DNA of 63,883 nt, counting the filler, from Octopus bimaculoides (Eukaryota): the NCBI RefSeq assembly GCF_001194135.2. It is 4 parts of 4 records of this genome, joined end to end, with 100 filler letters (N's around TTAATTAATTAA, not from the genome) between each part and the next. Parts side by side here need not be neighbours in the genome. Positions count along the whole stretch, not along the records: positions 1 to 23,334 come from NC_068985.1; positions 23,435 to 33,260 come from NW_026430138.1; 2 more parts are not named here. One strand, 5' to 3'. Position numbers and translations under genes: made by a program. A model generated the notes under the pieces. It was not told the DNA's origin and did not search any database. It saw nothing but the letters and a program-made list of their open reading frames with translations. This document shows, in pieces, positions 13,375 to 25,476 of the stretch; position 1 is the first letter of the stretch, and each line of letters begins with the position of its first letter.

Positions 13375-14009
13375 CTCGTACGTATAATATAATGATTAAT
13401 TACACTTTTAAATTTTAATTATAACATCAAACGAAAAAATTATTTTTTACGTATATTTTGGATATATTTGTAACGAATTTTATCAAGGCATTTATCAAAG
13501 TCAAAAGTGGTTCAGAACGGAAAGATTAGAGAGAAGGCGGTGTGGATGAGATGACGCGAAGAAAATGGGAAAAAGGAAAATAAAAATAATTGTGATCTCA
13601 GTGTAGGGAAGAGAAGATGATTGACCAATAGAATTAGGAAGGTGGATAGACAACAGACGGAATAAGAGGAGAGCAAAACAGGGGAGGGGCAATGAAAGCG
13701 GAAATAATAATTATATGAGAATGACGATCAGGAGGCGGCGACATGAAATATATGAAACGAACGCACAATGGTGGGGTTAATAGAGTCATGAAGGTAGATA
13801 AAGAACATGAGAGACAACAAATATTTGAGAGTGTAGATAGGAGAGCAGAAACTACGAATTCATGAGCGTGGAGATACGAAGACGGAAACAATACAGATAG
13901 CAATGTGGAAGAAAAAAACCGCAGAGTCATGAGGCCAGAGATGTGCAGTTGAAGACAGAATAAGGTGTATTATGAAGGCAGTGTTGTTTGTGATACTGTC
14001 ATCTTTCAA

Positions 14010-14320
14010 CCTGACAAATATCCTCCCGGGAAACAGTATGTAATGAGCAGTGTATTATGTTTTAAGTGTGTACAGTGAGGTTATATAAAAATGCTCTTCT
14101 GGTATAGAACGTCGGTGGAACGAGGTGGACGAACTTTAGTTTTGAACAGATGAATTAGACATACGGATTGAATGGAGTCAGTTTAATAACATTAACACAA
14201 ATGCATGATAGTTAGTTTGCTGGGCGAATCACAGCTTTTTTGGGGTTGCACAGTAATAAAAAGAATACAGTTTATCAGTTTGCCATGGAATGAGTGGGTT
14301 GGTGACTGCGTTTTGTTGAA
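14010..14320 (+). mobile_element. Possible very decayed RTE-like LINE fragment
   Basis: KYP..K..V.SSVLCFKC..*..KCSSGI and IRIEWSQF echo the KWPCxxCxKxVxxNSxxCxxCxxWxHKxCSGI and RIRxxWxKF motifs of RTE ORFs. Confidence 0.3.
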
Positions 14321-17257
14321 CTTCAAAACAAGTCATAAAGTGTTGAGATTATGCATAAAAAGGGTACTGGAAGAAAGAAGCAGAGACAGAGAGAAAACAA
14401 AAAAATAGGAAGCGGAATAGGTGCATACATTCCTTCTGTATTTTCTCGTTTATAGGGTTCCGTCACACTTTTTCCTTTTATACCTCGACTTTTCACCTCT
14501 TGCCTCGTATTGTTGAAACTGCTCATTCTGTTTATTTTCCATTTACCCCAGTCCGGTATATAACTATTTGATCTGCTGACGTCTTTCACACGGTAGCTGC
14601 TGTTTCCTTATTTCATTCCTCTGTCAATCATGGTAACCTGACAATTTCTATTATCTACTTTTCCATTTCAGAATGTGCACTTGACAGCAAACACATTCTC
14701 TATCTCCCCTTTCTCTCTATCTGCCATTTCTCTCCTCCATTACTCCAGTAGCATGAAAGAAAGAGGGGCACACACAGGAGCGGCAGCAGGCATATGNNNN
14801 NNNNNNNNNNNNNNNNNNNNNNNNNNNNNNNNNNNNNNNNNNNNNNNNNNNNNNNNNNNNNNNNNNNNNNNNNNNNNNNNNNNNNNNNNNNNNNNNNNNN
14901 NNNNNNNNNNNNNNNNNNNNNNNNNNNNNNNNNNNNNNNNNNNNNNNNNNNNNNNNNNNNNNNNNNNNNNNNNNNNNNNNNNNNNNNNNNNNNNNNNNNN
15001 NNNNNNNNNNNNNNNNNNNNNNNNNNNNNNNNNNNNNNNNNNNNNNNNNNNNNNNNNNNNNNNNNNNNNNNNNNNNNNNNNNNNNNNNNNNNNNNNNNNN
15101 NNNNNNNNNNNNNNNNNNNNNNNNNNNNNNNNNNNNNNNNNNNNNNNNNNNNNNNNNNNNNNNNNNNNNNNNNNNNNNNNNNNNNNNNNNNNNNNNNNNN
15201 NNNNTATATAGGTGAGTACAAAAGTGTAGGTACGCTGCTATATGTAATTATGAAAATCAAAAAATGGAGCAAAATCGCAATAGAGGACGGTCGGCATTCA
15301 AGTCAACAAAGAAAGATAATGGCTGACGAAAGGGGTCACTTTGTAGGAGGAGAGAGTGGTAGGATGCAACGGAATTGAAGGATTAGCAAACGAATCAAAG
15401 AGACAAGGGGAAAGTAAAGGGAACTGCCAACACCTCTTATGTCCATGTCGTATGTTCCTGCTTTTAGGCTTTCACCCCCTACACGCCAGCTCAATTTGAT
15501 TCGTTCTGAGTGCAAAGCACCTGTTGTTATATATTGTTGTTGTATTTGTAATTGTGCAACAATTTTTCCATTTGTCTTTGTTGCCGTACACATTCACGAG
15601 CTTTCTTACAAACAATCTCATGCTCTTAGCTTAGATTCTTTGGGGGCAACCACATCGAACACTCGCAAGTGTATCTGCCCGAAACTGTAAGGACATCTGT
15701 TATGTTGACTGAAGAAAGAAGGCCACCAATGGCACGTCCTTTTTTTCCTTGTCCTCCTCAATTGATGTTTCTCCTATCCGCATTTGTATCGACTATACGC
15801 CTGAATGTGTTATTGTCCTCTGTTGCGTATTTGTTCTATTTTTTTATATTTATATATACAGAAAGCGGCGTATGTACATTTTTGCTCACCTTTCAGCAAG
15901 TATGCACCTAAACTTTGTACGACTCTTTTACTCGAACTTCAATCCCCCTCATACTTTCTTCTTATCTTTTTCTAGCTCCCCCCGGTCTCTCACATGTCTT
16001 GGCCATCTCTTTCTTTAACTTAAACTTTTCCTACTCGTTCATCTTCCATGTACCTTTCCCATTGTCTTAGATTTTTCTAATCATTCAATCACGCTGCTCC
16101 CTACCCCTCTCTCCTCCTTCCACCTGACTGGTTCCCGGCCAGCCACGGTCATTCTTTATTGACCTGATCACCGAGCGCCAACACATCTTATGTCCCTCTC
16201 TTATGTTACTACTTTCACTTCATACACGCCAGCTCAATTTCATTCATTATCAAATGAAAGATACCTGCGGTTACATTCTTGTACCACGTTTTACGTTTTT
16301 GTCTTTGTTGCCGCTAACATTCACTAGTTTTCTTACAAAAAATGTTGTATATATATATGTATATATCTTTATATNNNNNNNNNNNNNNNNNNNNNNNNNN
16401 NNNNNNNNNNNNNNNNNNNNNNNNNNNNNNNNNNNNNNNNNNNNNNNNNNNNNNNNNNNNNNNNNNNNNNNNNNNNNNNNNNNNNNNNNNNNNNNNNNNN
16501 NNNNNNNNNNNNNNNNNNNNNNNNNNNNNNNNNNNNNNNNNNNNNNNNNNNNNNNNNNNNNNNNNNNNNNNNNNNNNNNNNNNNNNNNNNNNNNNNNNNN
16601 NNNNNNNNNNNNNNNNNNNNNNNNNNNNNNNNNNNNNNNNNNNNNNNNNNNNNNNNNNNNNNNNNNNNNNNNNNNNNNNNNNNNNNNNNNNNNNNNNNNN
16701 NNNNNNNNNNNNNNNNNNNNNNNNNNNNNNNNNNNNNNNNNNNNNNNNNNNNNNNNNNNNNNNNNNNNNNNNNNNNNNNNNNNNNNNNNNNNNNNNNNNN
16801 NNNNNNNNNNNNNNNNNNNNNNNNNNNNNNNNNNNNNNNNNNNNNNNNNNNNNNNNNNNNNNNNNNNNNNNNNNNNNNNNNNNNNNNNNNNNNNNNNNNN
16901 NNNNNNNNNNNNNNNNNNNNNNNNNNNNNNNNNNNNNNNNNNNNNNNNNNNNNNNNNNNNNNNNNNNTATTTCTAGGTATAAGTGTACCCATTTCGTAAT
17001 CGCGTGGATACGAGGAATAAACAGTCTCTGCAGTATTTGCAGTACCTGCGAGACCAGTATGATTCGAAGACTCTATAGACATTTTGAACATTGGTATATT
17101 AACACTATGGAAAATATATGAAGAGGGGGAAGGCATTCCGAAATGCCTACCTGCTGAGACAGAAGCAGGGAGCTGCATGATTCCAATGGGGTCTATTATG
17201 TTGGTCAAATGATGTGTGATAGAAACCGAAAATATGTATAGAAATCACCAGTATGCA

Positions 17258-17999
17258 ACTGGTACTTAATTTATCGGCCCCGAAAGGTTGAAAGGCAAAA
17301 TCGACCTCGAATGAATTTGAACTCAGAATGTAAAGACGGACGAAATTCCGCTAAGCATTTCATCCGACGTTTCTTATTTCTTTATTGCCCACAAGGGGCT
17401 AAACATAAACGGGACAAACTAAGACATACAGAGGGATTAAATCGATTACATCAACCCCAGTGCGTTACTTAATTTATCGACCCTGAAAGGATGAAAGGTA
17501 AACTCGACTTCGGCGGAGTTTGAACTCAGAAACTGACGGCAGACGATTAACCGCTAAGCATTTCACCCGGCGTGCTAACCTTTCTTATTTCTTTATTGCC
17601 CACAAGGAGCTACACACAGAGGGGGACAAATAAGGACAAACAAACGGATCAAATCGATTATATCGACTCCAATGCGTAACTGGTACTTATTTAATCGACC
17701 CCGAATGGATATAAGGCAAAATCGACCTCGGCGGAATTTGAACTCAGAACGAAGCGCCAGACGAAATACCTATTTCGTTATTGCCCACAAGGGGCTAAAC
17801 ATAGAGGGAACAAACAAGAACAGACGAACGGATTAAGTCGATTACATCGACCCCAGTGCGTAATTGGTACTTAATTTATCGACCCCGAAAGAATGAAAGG
17901 CAAAGTCGACCTCGGCGGAATTTGAACTCAGAACGTAACGCCAGACGAAATACCGCTAATCACTTCGCCCGGCGTGCTAACGTTTGTACCAGCTCACCA
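17258..17999 (-). mobile_element. Head-to-tail array of four family-A SINE units
   Basis: Four consecutive units of about 110-230 bp, each with GAACTCAGAA, GGCAAA.TCGACCTC and TTAAT..ATCGAC; tails (TTTCTTATTTCTTTATTGCCCACAAG) abut truncated heads. Confidence 0.9.
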
Positions 18000-19671
18000 C
18001 CTTCATAAGTGTTAATATTGCTAAGAGCATACCACCACCANNNNNNNNNNNNNNNNNNNNNNNNNNNNNNNNNNNNNNNNNNNNNNNNNNNNNNNNNNNN
18101 NNNNNNNNNNNNNNNNNNNNNNNNNNNNNNNNNNNNNNNNNNNNNNNNNNNNNNNNNNNNNNNNNNNNNNNNNNNNNNNNNNNNNNNNNNNNNNNNNNNN
18201 NNNNNNNNNNNNNNNNNNNNNNNNNNNNNNNNNNNNNNNNNNNNNNNNNNNNNNNNNNNNNNNNNNNNNNNNNNNNNNNNNNNNNNNNNNNNNNNNNNNN
18301 NNNNNNNNNNNNNNNNNNNNNNNNNNNNNNNNNNNNGAACAGACGAACGGATTAAGTCGATTACATCGACCCCAGTGCGTAATCGGTACTTAATTTATCG
18401 ACCCCGAAAGAATGAAAGGCAAAGTCGACCTCGGCGGAATTTGAACTCAGAACGTAACGCCAGACGAAATACCGCTAATCACTTCGCCCGGCGTGCTAAC
18501 GTTTGTTCCAGCTCACCACCTTCATAAGTGTTAATATTGCTAAGAGCATACCACCACCACACTACTGGAAGCCCTCTCAATAATGATAATCTTTCTGGAG
18601 CTCTAATTTATAAAATAGTAACCTTGCAGTGTTAGTTACCGTTTGTGCTGTCTTTTTTCATATTCGATAATTTAGTCTTGGTGTTAATTTGTTTATAATC
18701 GATTTTCCATCAGATAATAACTGAACTAATGTACTATTCATTCCTATTGTCTTTCGTTCGGTTGAAGAAACTGAAAGAAGCCCATCAATTCGTTTCGGTT
18801 ACACATATTGGTAACATTGAAAACAATTCCAATCTCAGTCGTATGCGCGACTGTTGGTCACTTTAATTATTAGAATAAAGAACTGAAACGAATCATTCGA
18901 TGAGAAACTGATGTATTTACAATGAATTTACAATCAAATTCCCCATCCCCTTTTTTTTTCACACACTACACACATTAGTTTAAGGATAACTGAATTTTAT
19001 TTTCGATTTCTGTTATATTATATCATTATTTAGGAAATAGTATGCTATGTTAGTATACCTACCTATTTAGCCATTAGGCTTCACTTATAAACGAAACTCT
19101 TACTTATTACTGTTCCCAGCATTATCAATCAGAGAGAGATGTGTGAAACTAATTTAGAACTATAGCAATCATCACACAAATTTTCTTCACCCTGTTCTTT
19201 ATGAAGTATCTTAAAACATACGCATTCTTCTACACTTCAAAAGAAAACTTCATTTACGTGGTTTAGCGCATCATTTTCTTTAAAGGAAATACTCAGACAT
19301 ATAAATACGCATATACGCATATACGCATACACATTGATGGAATCAAAGTGAACGTCTGGTGATAGACACTCCTGCTCTCACCTATATGGCAACCAGAGGC
19401 CAGTAGCAACAGAATTCTCTATAACTCTTTCATATTGCTACTTGTGTTGAAGTTACATTATTGACGTCAAATGGCGGCAAAATAAACCATCTTCTCAGTT
19501 CTCTTTCAACTCCATTATGTAACAACTTCTCTATCTCTAAATTTCGTAAACTTGAATTGTTATCCAGGCTTTAGCGATGAAAATATTCTCAAACAACAAA
19601 AAAATCTTCGACGATACCTTTACTTCCCTTTACTCAAGAAATATAACCGAAATAATTAAGGTATTTTTCAA

Positions 19672-19850
<179 letters not shown>

Positions 19851-19890
19851 TCACTGCTTGGAATCGAAATCGGAATCTTGGGGTTAGTAG

Positions 19891-19923
19891 TCCTAAGATT
19901 CGAAGTTAGATTCCAGGCAGTGA

Positions 19924-19986
<63 letters not shown>

Positions 19987-20140
19987 TAATAATAATAACA
20001 ACAACAACATCGAAAGATACCTTAGAAACGAGAACCCAGGTTCGAAATTTCCCCAAAACACCTGATGAAGGCTGGAGAGTATAACAGCCAAAACGTTGTA
20101 TTAACAACAAACAAGATGAGGACAATTATCCGTCAGATGT
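19891..20140 (+). mobile_element. SINE-like element: tRNA B-box head remnant, (AAT)n, then hammerhead-like 3' region
   Basis: GAAGTTAGATTCC (B-box-like) then CAGTGACCTG(AAT)n, then AACAC-CTGATGA-A-GGCTG..CAGCC-AAAA-CG-TT-GTATT at 20057-20102. An inverted copy of the head lies at 19847-19882. Confidence 0.6.
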
Positions 20141-20940
20141 AAATTATGTATCATGCTTGATTTGTATAATGTTTTGAAAAATACAGGATTTCAAGTGTTT
20201 TTATACTCCATGTAACATACCTCCTTTTTCTGACAAAAATGTAACCATGAAAGCTAAATGTAGCGATAGAATATAATTTACATTCCTTAGTATTTTGTAG
20301 CTTTACTATTTGTCTGCTCAATCCCATACATAAAATCGTCGCAATGATATTACCATAATCCCGGCCCAACCAAAACAATTTGAATAGATTTGGGTTGTTG
20401 AAATATGATGCACTGAGTTCATCTACATCTCAATAGTGACCTCTCTATTGCAAAGAAGAATGTATATTTTATATCATTGCAACAATATATATTTTCCATT
20501 CTATAACACTCTATGAAGTAACAGCATACACTTACTCGTAGCGCTAGAATTGAAATACCGATTTACCTGCACCCAGATACACTCCAAGCCTCAAATGAAC
20601 GTTTCCCATGTCGCATAGCAACATTATTCGCTGAAGTGAATATGGTGTCCTATATGGTTAGTCAGTCCCATACGTGAAATCGTTGAAATCGCAGTACCAT
20701 AATCCCGGCCTAACGAAATCAATGTGAACATATTTGGGAGAGGGAAACTGAAAAATTACAGTTGTATAAATATATGTAAATATTTTTGCGTGAGTTCTCA
20801 TGTCTATGATTGCTCCCTGACGAGAATATATGATTTCATATGTGATTGTTTGATTATGTCCCCGTACTTAGCGGGAGTGACGGTTTGTTAAAAAGCAGGC
20901 GTGTTTGTATATTCTGTCACATGATTCGCAACTTAGTGAA

Positions 20941-21260
20941 GGCGCATGGCTCAGTGGTTATAGCGTCAAGCTTACGATTGTGAGGTCGTGAATTCGATTC
21001 CCAGACTGAGCTACGTGTTGTGTTCTTGAGCAAGACACTTTATTTGAACTTGCTCCTGTTCACTCAGCTATAGATACACGTTGCGACGTCACTGGTGCCA
21101 AGCTGTATCGACCTTTGCCTTTCTCTTGGATAACATTGGTGGCGTAGAGAGGGGAGGCCGGTATGCATGGGCGACTGCTGGTCTTCCATAAACAACCTTG
21201 TGCCTCGGAGGGGATCTTTCTACGTGTAATTCAATGGTCATTCATGACCGAAAGAGGGTC
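20941..21260 (+). mobile_element. tRNA-derived SINE, family B
   Basis: A box TGGCTCAGTGG, B box AATTCGATTCCC, CORE/V-like TTGAGCAAGACACTT, unique body. Confidence 0.85.
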
Positions 21261-21269
21261 CTTGGCTTC

Positions 21270-21610
21270 CTCTGCTGCGCAACCACATGGTCAAGGGTTC
21301 CTGCATAGTAATTTGGGCAGATGTTTTGTATTATAGACACACACAGACTTGTGAGGGAATTCGGCAGATAGAAACTGAAAGAGGCCGGTTGTATATATGT
21401 GTGAGTGTGTATGTGTTGTTACGTCTGTGTTTGTTCATCACAACCACTTGGTGTTAGTGTCTTGACGTCCTAATGGTTTGGCAAATGTACCCGGCTGGAT
21501 AGGTACCATGCTGCAAAGGAAGACGTAGTGGGTTGGTTTCATTCGACTAAGATTCTTTAAGGTGATGATCCAATATGGCCACCGCCTTATGACTACGACA
21601 AGTAAGGGAT
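21270..21610 (+). mobile_element. Decayed copy of SINE family C
   Basis: Similar to the 30752-31161 and 63718-63883 copies (CAACCACATGGT.., TTGGGCA, GAAACTGAAAGA, internal microsatellite). Confidence 0.65.
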
Positions 21611-23334
21611 GAAAGGAAAAGATGTGTGTGTGTGTGTGTATATATATAAATATATGTAATCATATATACATACGTAAAGAAATGTTAACAATTGTAGATT
21701 CAATGACATTTCAAAAATACATTACCTTACAACAAGTTCAATTGTGTTACATCTAAAGATTGTTAGATAATATACATAATATTAATTCTATACATAGGAT
21801 ATGTATTTCCATACACCGTGTTTCATTTCCATGCATTTTAAGGGTTCTATTTTCTTTTCTTAAAAATGTTCCAAGCAAGTAATAATCATCGCATTAATAT
21901 TTCAGGACCACTTAATTCCATTCATATTGAATCATTTCTATAACTGCAAAGACATTTAATTCAAATCGTTTGCAGTTATAGAACATAATTTCCATATCTG
22001 GAAAAGTTTCTGATTTTAGTACCTCATGTATGTAAACGCTAGAAAATTGCATTAGGATCCTTTTTTCTATACTCAATCCCATAAATATCATAGCATTTCT
22101 TTTTACATTACAGAAGAAATAGGGAAGTAAAATGAAGATCAATTGATTCATTTCAAGATAGAAGGACGGAGCAGGATGTAATATTTAATGCAAATATGGT
22201 CGATCTATACTGAATTGATATTCTTGCCGAAATCTTTAAATCAGAACAGATTTAGCGTTTCCTCTTGAACATATTGTTAGCTCTATTTCATATTTTCACA
22301 TTTTTTTATTAATGATACTGCCATTCCTCATATGCAAACAGGAAAAAAAAAAGAGACATGAATACAAAAGACTTTTTGTCTTTCGTTATATTCACCAATC
22401 GGACATCAAAACTAGATCGTATTTAATTGAGATAATTTGTAATATTTTAATGTTACAGCATATAAAAAGGCTACAAAGCATAACAGAATATTAACTAGTC
22501 GAATATTCTTTACTCAAATAGCTTTGATGAACACTTCAGGTTGTTTAATTTAATTCATATGAAGATTACAACCGTCACTGAAGCGAAAAGCAAATTGCAT
22601 TCATTTTGTGCAGGAAAAATACATACAAATATTGATATATGTTACTTATATATACATTAAAATGTCTGACATGGTAGCTATCTGCTATGATAAACACCCG
22701 TACAACTAAATGAAAATCACTGTACTTTATCATCCGATCAGTGATGGTACAGTGATTTAAAAGAAAGGGGACTGTAACTCAAGCGACCAGAAAAAAGAAA
22801 AAAAATATTATGTTTAATGCAACTTTCTCTAAAAAGTATGCAAGGCAAAAAAAAAAAAATGTTCATGATTTCATTTCAATTGAAATAAGTGAATCATGCA
22901 TTAATTTTCTTATAACAGTATAAGCGTCAGACAGGAATGCTCCATATCACTTGTATTTTAACCATTAACTTGGATACAGTTATCCGTTGTGATCCAATAA
23001 CGATACCACAATAATTATAGAGGAATTGAGGTATTTTCAACATATGTTACTCAACCACCTCTTCGTAATATTATGAATAATTTCAACTATTAATAATTTT
23101 GAGTGTAAATTTAGTGAACAATAATGTATTATAGTTTATTCACAAGTATGATTATATGAGATCGCTGGCAACAACTCAGTGTGGTTCATTTTATTGATCA
23201 AATGGCTTCACCCGTTAGTTAAGCAAACATGCCAACATTACCCCTGCTCAAAATGGTGGTGGAGCACATCTTAATTAAGTTTTTTGCTCAAAAGCTCAAC
23301 GTGCCTCACAGGATGGGAATTAAAGCCGTGATCT

Positions 23335-23434
23335 NNNNNNNNNNNNNNNNNNNNNNNNNNNNNNNNNNNNNNNNNNNNTTAATTAATTAANNNNNNNNNN
23401 NNNNNNNNNNNNNNNNNNNNNNNNNNNNNNNNNN
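23335..23434. other. Assembly spacer N44-TTAATTAATTAA-N44
   Basis: The identical 100-nt construct recurs at 33261-33360 and 58354-58453. Confidence 0.97.
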
Positions 23435-23586
23435 CTTCTCCTGCACCTGATATAGTCCAATCAAGAGTTTTGATGGCACATCTGCCCTAAAATGCGTCTC
23501 ATTACGATCCATTGGTTCGTCTGGTATCGTGGAGAGGAAAGCGTCGAGTTTTGTCTTGAAGACCTCCACATTCGTGTCATATAGAC
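23435..23586 (-). mobile_element. C-terminal fragment of a CR1/L2-like LINE ORF2
   Basis: LYDTNVEVFKTKLDAFLSTIPDEP matches the FKxxLDxFLxxxPDEP C-terminal motif. Confidence 0.7.
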
Positions 23587-23675
23587 CTCCTGGCTTCCCA
23601 GACCCCAGTTGAACCTTCCAACCCATGCTAGTATGGAAAAGGGACGTTAATGATGATGATGATGATGATGATGAT
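23587..23675 (+). mobile_element. 5'-truncated SINE family D with (GAT)n tail
   Basis: CCAACCCATGCTAGTATGGAAAAGGGACGTTAA(TGA)n; same tail as 28240-28566. Confidence 0.8.
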
Positions 23676-24224
23676 TACACACTTCAAAAGATTCACTGGA
23701 TACATGTGTTATTTTAAAGTACTCCATACATGTTGAATGTTCCTTCTCTTCAGGTACTTCTCTCCCTGTCACAGCTGACTGTCATAATGGATTTGTTAAA
23801 ACAGGATTCTTGGCAAATTCATTATGGCACTGGAATATGGCAGGTGGAAAAGTACCTGAAGAGAAGGTACACTGAACATCTTACGTAACAATTTAAAGTT
23901 ACATAATATGCATCTTGTGAGTCATTTGAAAAATGTCATACATAACTATTCTGTTCCCTTATGTGTATGTATATGTACGTATGTGTGTGTATGTGTCCAC
24001 ATATATGTATATGTATCCATACGTATGTGTGCATACATGTATATATGTGTATATATGTATGTGTGCAAATATGTGTGTGTGCATACATGTACATATGTGT
24101 ATGTATACATACGTGTGCATACATGTATATATATGTGTATATGCATGTGTGCATATGTGTGTGTGTTCATACAAGTATATATATGTATATATGTATGTAC
24201 ACACACTCACACACAGATGCATAT

Positions 24225-24640
24225 GGTGTAGTATCAAAATGTCCCCAGACTATTTGTTTAATAAAGAAATAACTTATTTACCTAAGTTTTCACCTCATCT
24301 CCTTCGAAATAGTCACCTTGCGCAGCAATATATCGGGGCCAGCGTTCCTGCCACTTTTGGAATCTAACCTGGAAGTTGAGGACCTTCTGCAGTTCGCTCT
24401 TGATTTCGAGATGGAAGCCCACAGATGCTAAATCTAGTGAATAGGGTGGATGTGGGAGTGATGCTATGTTATTTTTGGTGAGGAGAGTTTTGTGACAGTG
24501 TAGTATTGTTATCGTGAAGAGTCCAATTCTTCACAGATCCGGTTGCTTTTGGCTGAATGTCTTTGCCCAGATACTTCAAAATGTCGCAGAACTCTTGATT
24601 GATGGTCTTGCTTTGGGGGACGAATTCTCGATGCACAATA
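24225..24640 (-). mobile_element. Mariner 3' fragment (transposase C-terminus and one TIR)
   Basis: Minus strand GIVHREFVP..TINQEF, HPPYSLDL, KWQERWPRYIAAQGDYFEG; terminal TATGGTGTAGTATCAAAATGTCCCCAGACT. Confidence 0.85.
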
Positions 24641-24960
24641 CCACTTCCTGTCCATGATGAAAATCACAGACTACAGCATACACCTGATCACAAAAACACA
24701 AATTTCACAAGTTGTGAAGTAAGCTCAGTGATGTCACTCTGCACACTGCCCCATGGAGGCCACTGTTAGCTCTCACTGCACACACAACCTTGTGCTGCCA
24801 TCTGTTGGTGCTACAGAACTAGTCTGGTTACCACCTTGTATACACACATGACATTTGCCTGAATGCCCTGGGACTATGTGGTTGGAAAGCATGTTTCTTA
24901 CTACACAGCAATGCCTGCACCTATTACACACACACACACACACACACATGCAAATATGTA

Positions 24961-25043
<83 letters not shown>

Positions 25044-25441
25044 AATCTAAATAAATAGTCAACAATTCCAGTGGAACCTTGCATAACCTTCCGTCGGATA
25101 ACAGCTATGGTGAATTTTATACTAAGCTTCTGGTCGATGAATATTTTATAATACATACCATCATGTGTGACAAATATTGCCTGCTTGGTTGTTAAAATCA
25201 GTGAGATTAGTTGGACCCATCCTTTGAATATTGTACAACCCATCTATTTTTAGAATTGCTACAGAGTTCCAGTAGCTTTTTGTATTTGAGTAAGTGTTAC
25301 AGTTTCTCTTGAATAATTATGATGAATTATGAATGATTTAGAATGTAAAAAACAACTGTGTTCGGCTATGTTTTACCAGTGTTTTACTGAATAATACTTC
25401 CTGTATTGTAGCAAAAAAAAAAATTGCAAATCTTTTATTTG

Positions 25442-25476
<35 letters not shown>

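Noticed and set aside
15437-16340. Diverged roughly 170-bp duplication 750 bp apart (similar local pairs at 20339/20690, 49870/50320, 58615/58757)
   Set aside because: Ordinary old local duplications with no coding or structural signal.
17258-17999. CRISPR-like or satellite-like periodicity
   Set aside because: Units are long, diverged SINE copies with no repeat-spacer structure or cas genes, in a eukaryotic context.
18336-18560. Apparent duplication of 17817-18040 (SINE plus unique flank) after the gap
   Set aside because: Nearly identical, includes the unique flank and brackets an N-gap; most likely two alleles or overlapping contig ends, not a biological repeat.
20941-21010. tRNA-like sequences (also 37460-37530, 59498-59560, 63718-63790)
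   Set aside because: They have A/B boxes but no complete cloverleaf and continue into SINE bodies; SINE heads, not tRNA genes.
23379-23390. TTAATTAATTAA palindrome recurring three times (also 33305 and 58398)
   Set aside because: Always centred in exactly 44 N on each side and has stops in all six frames; an assembly spacer.
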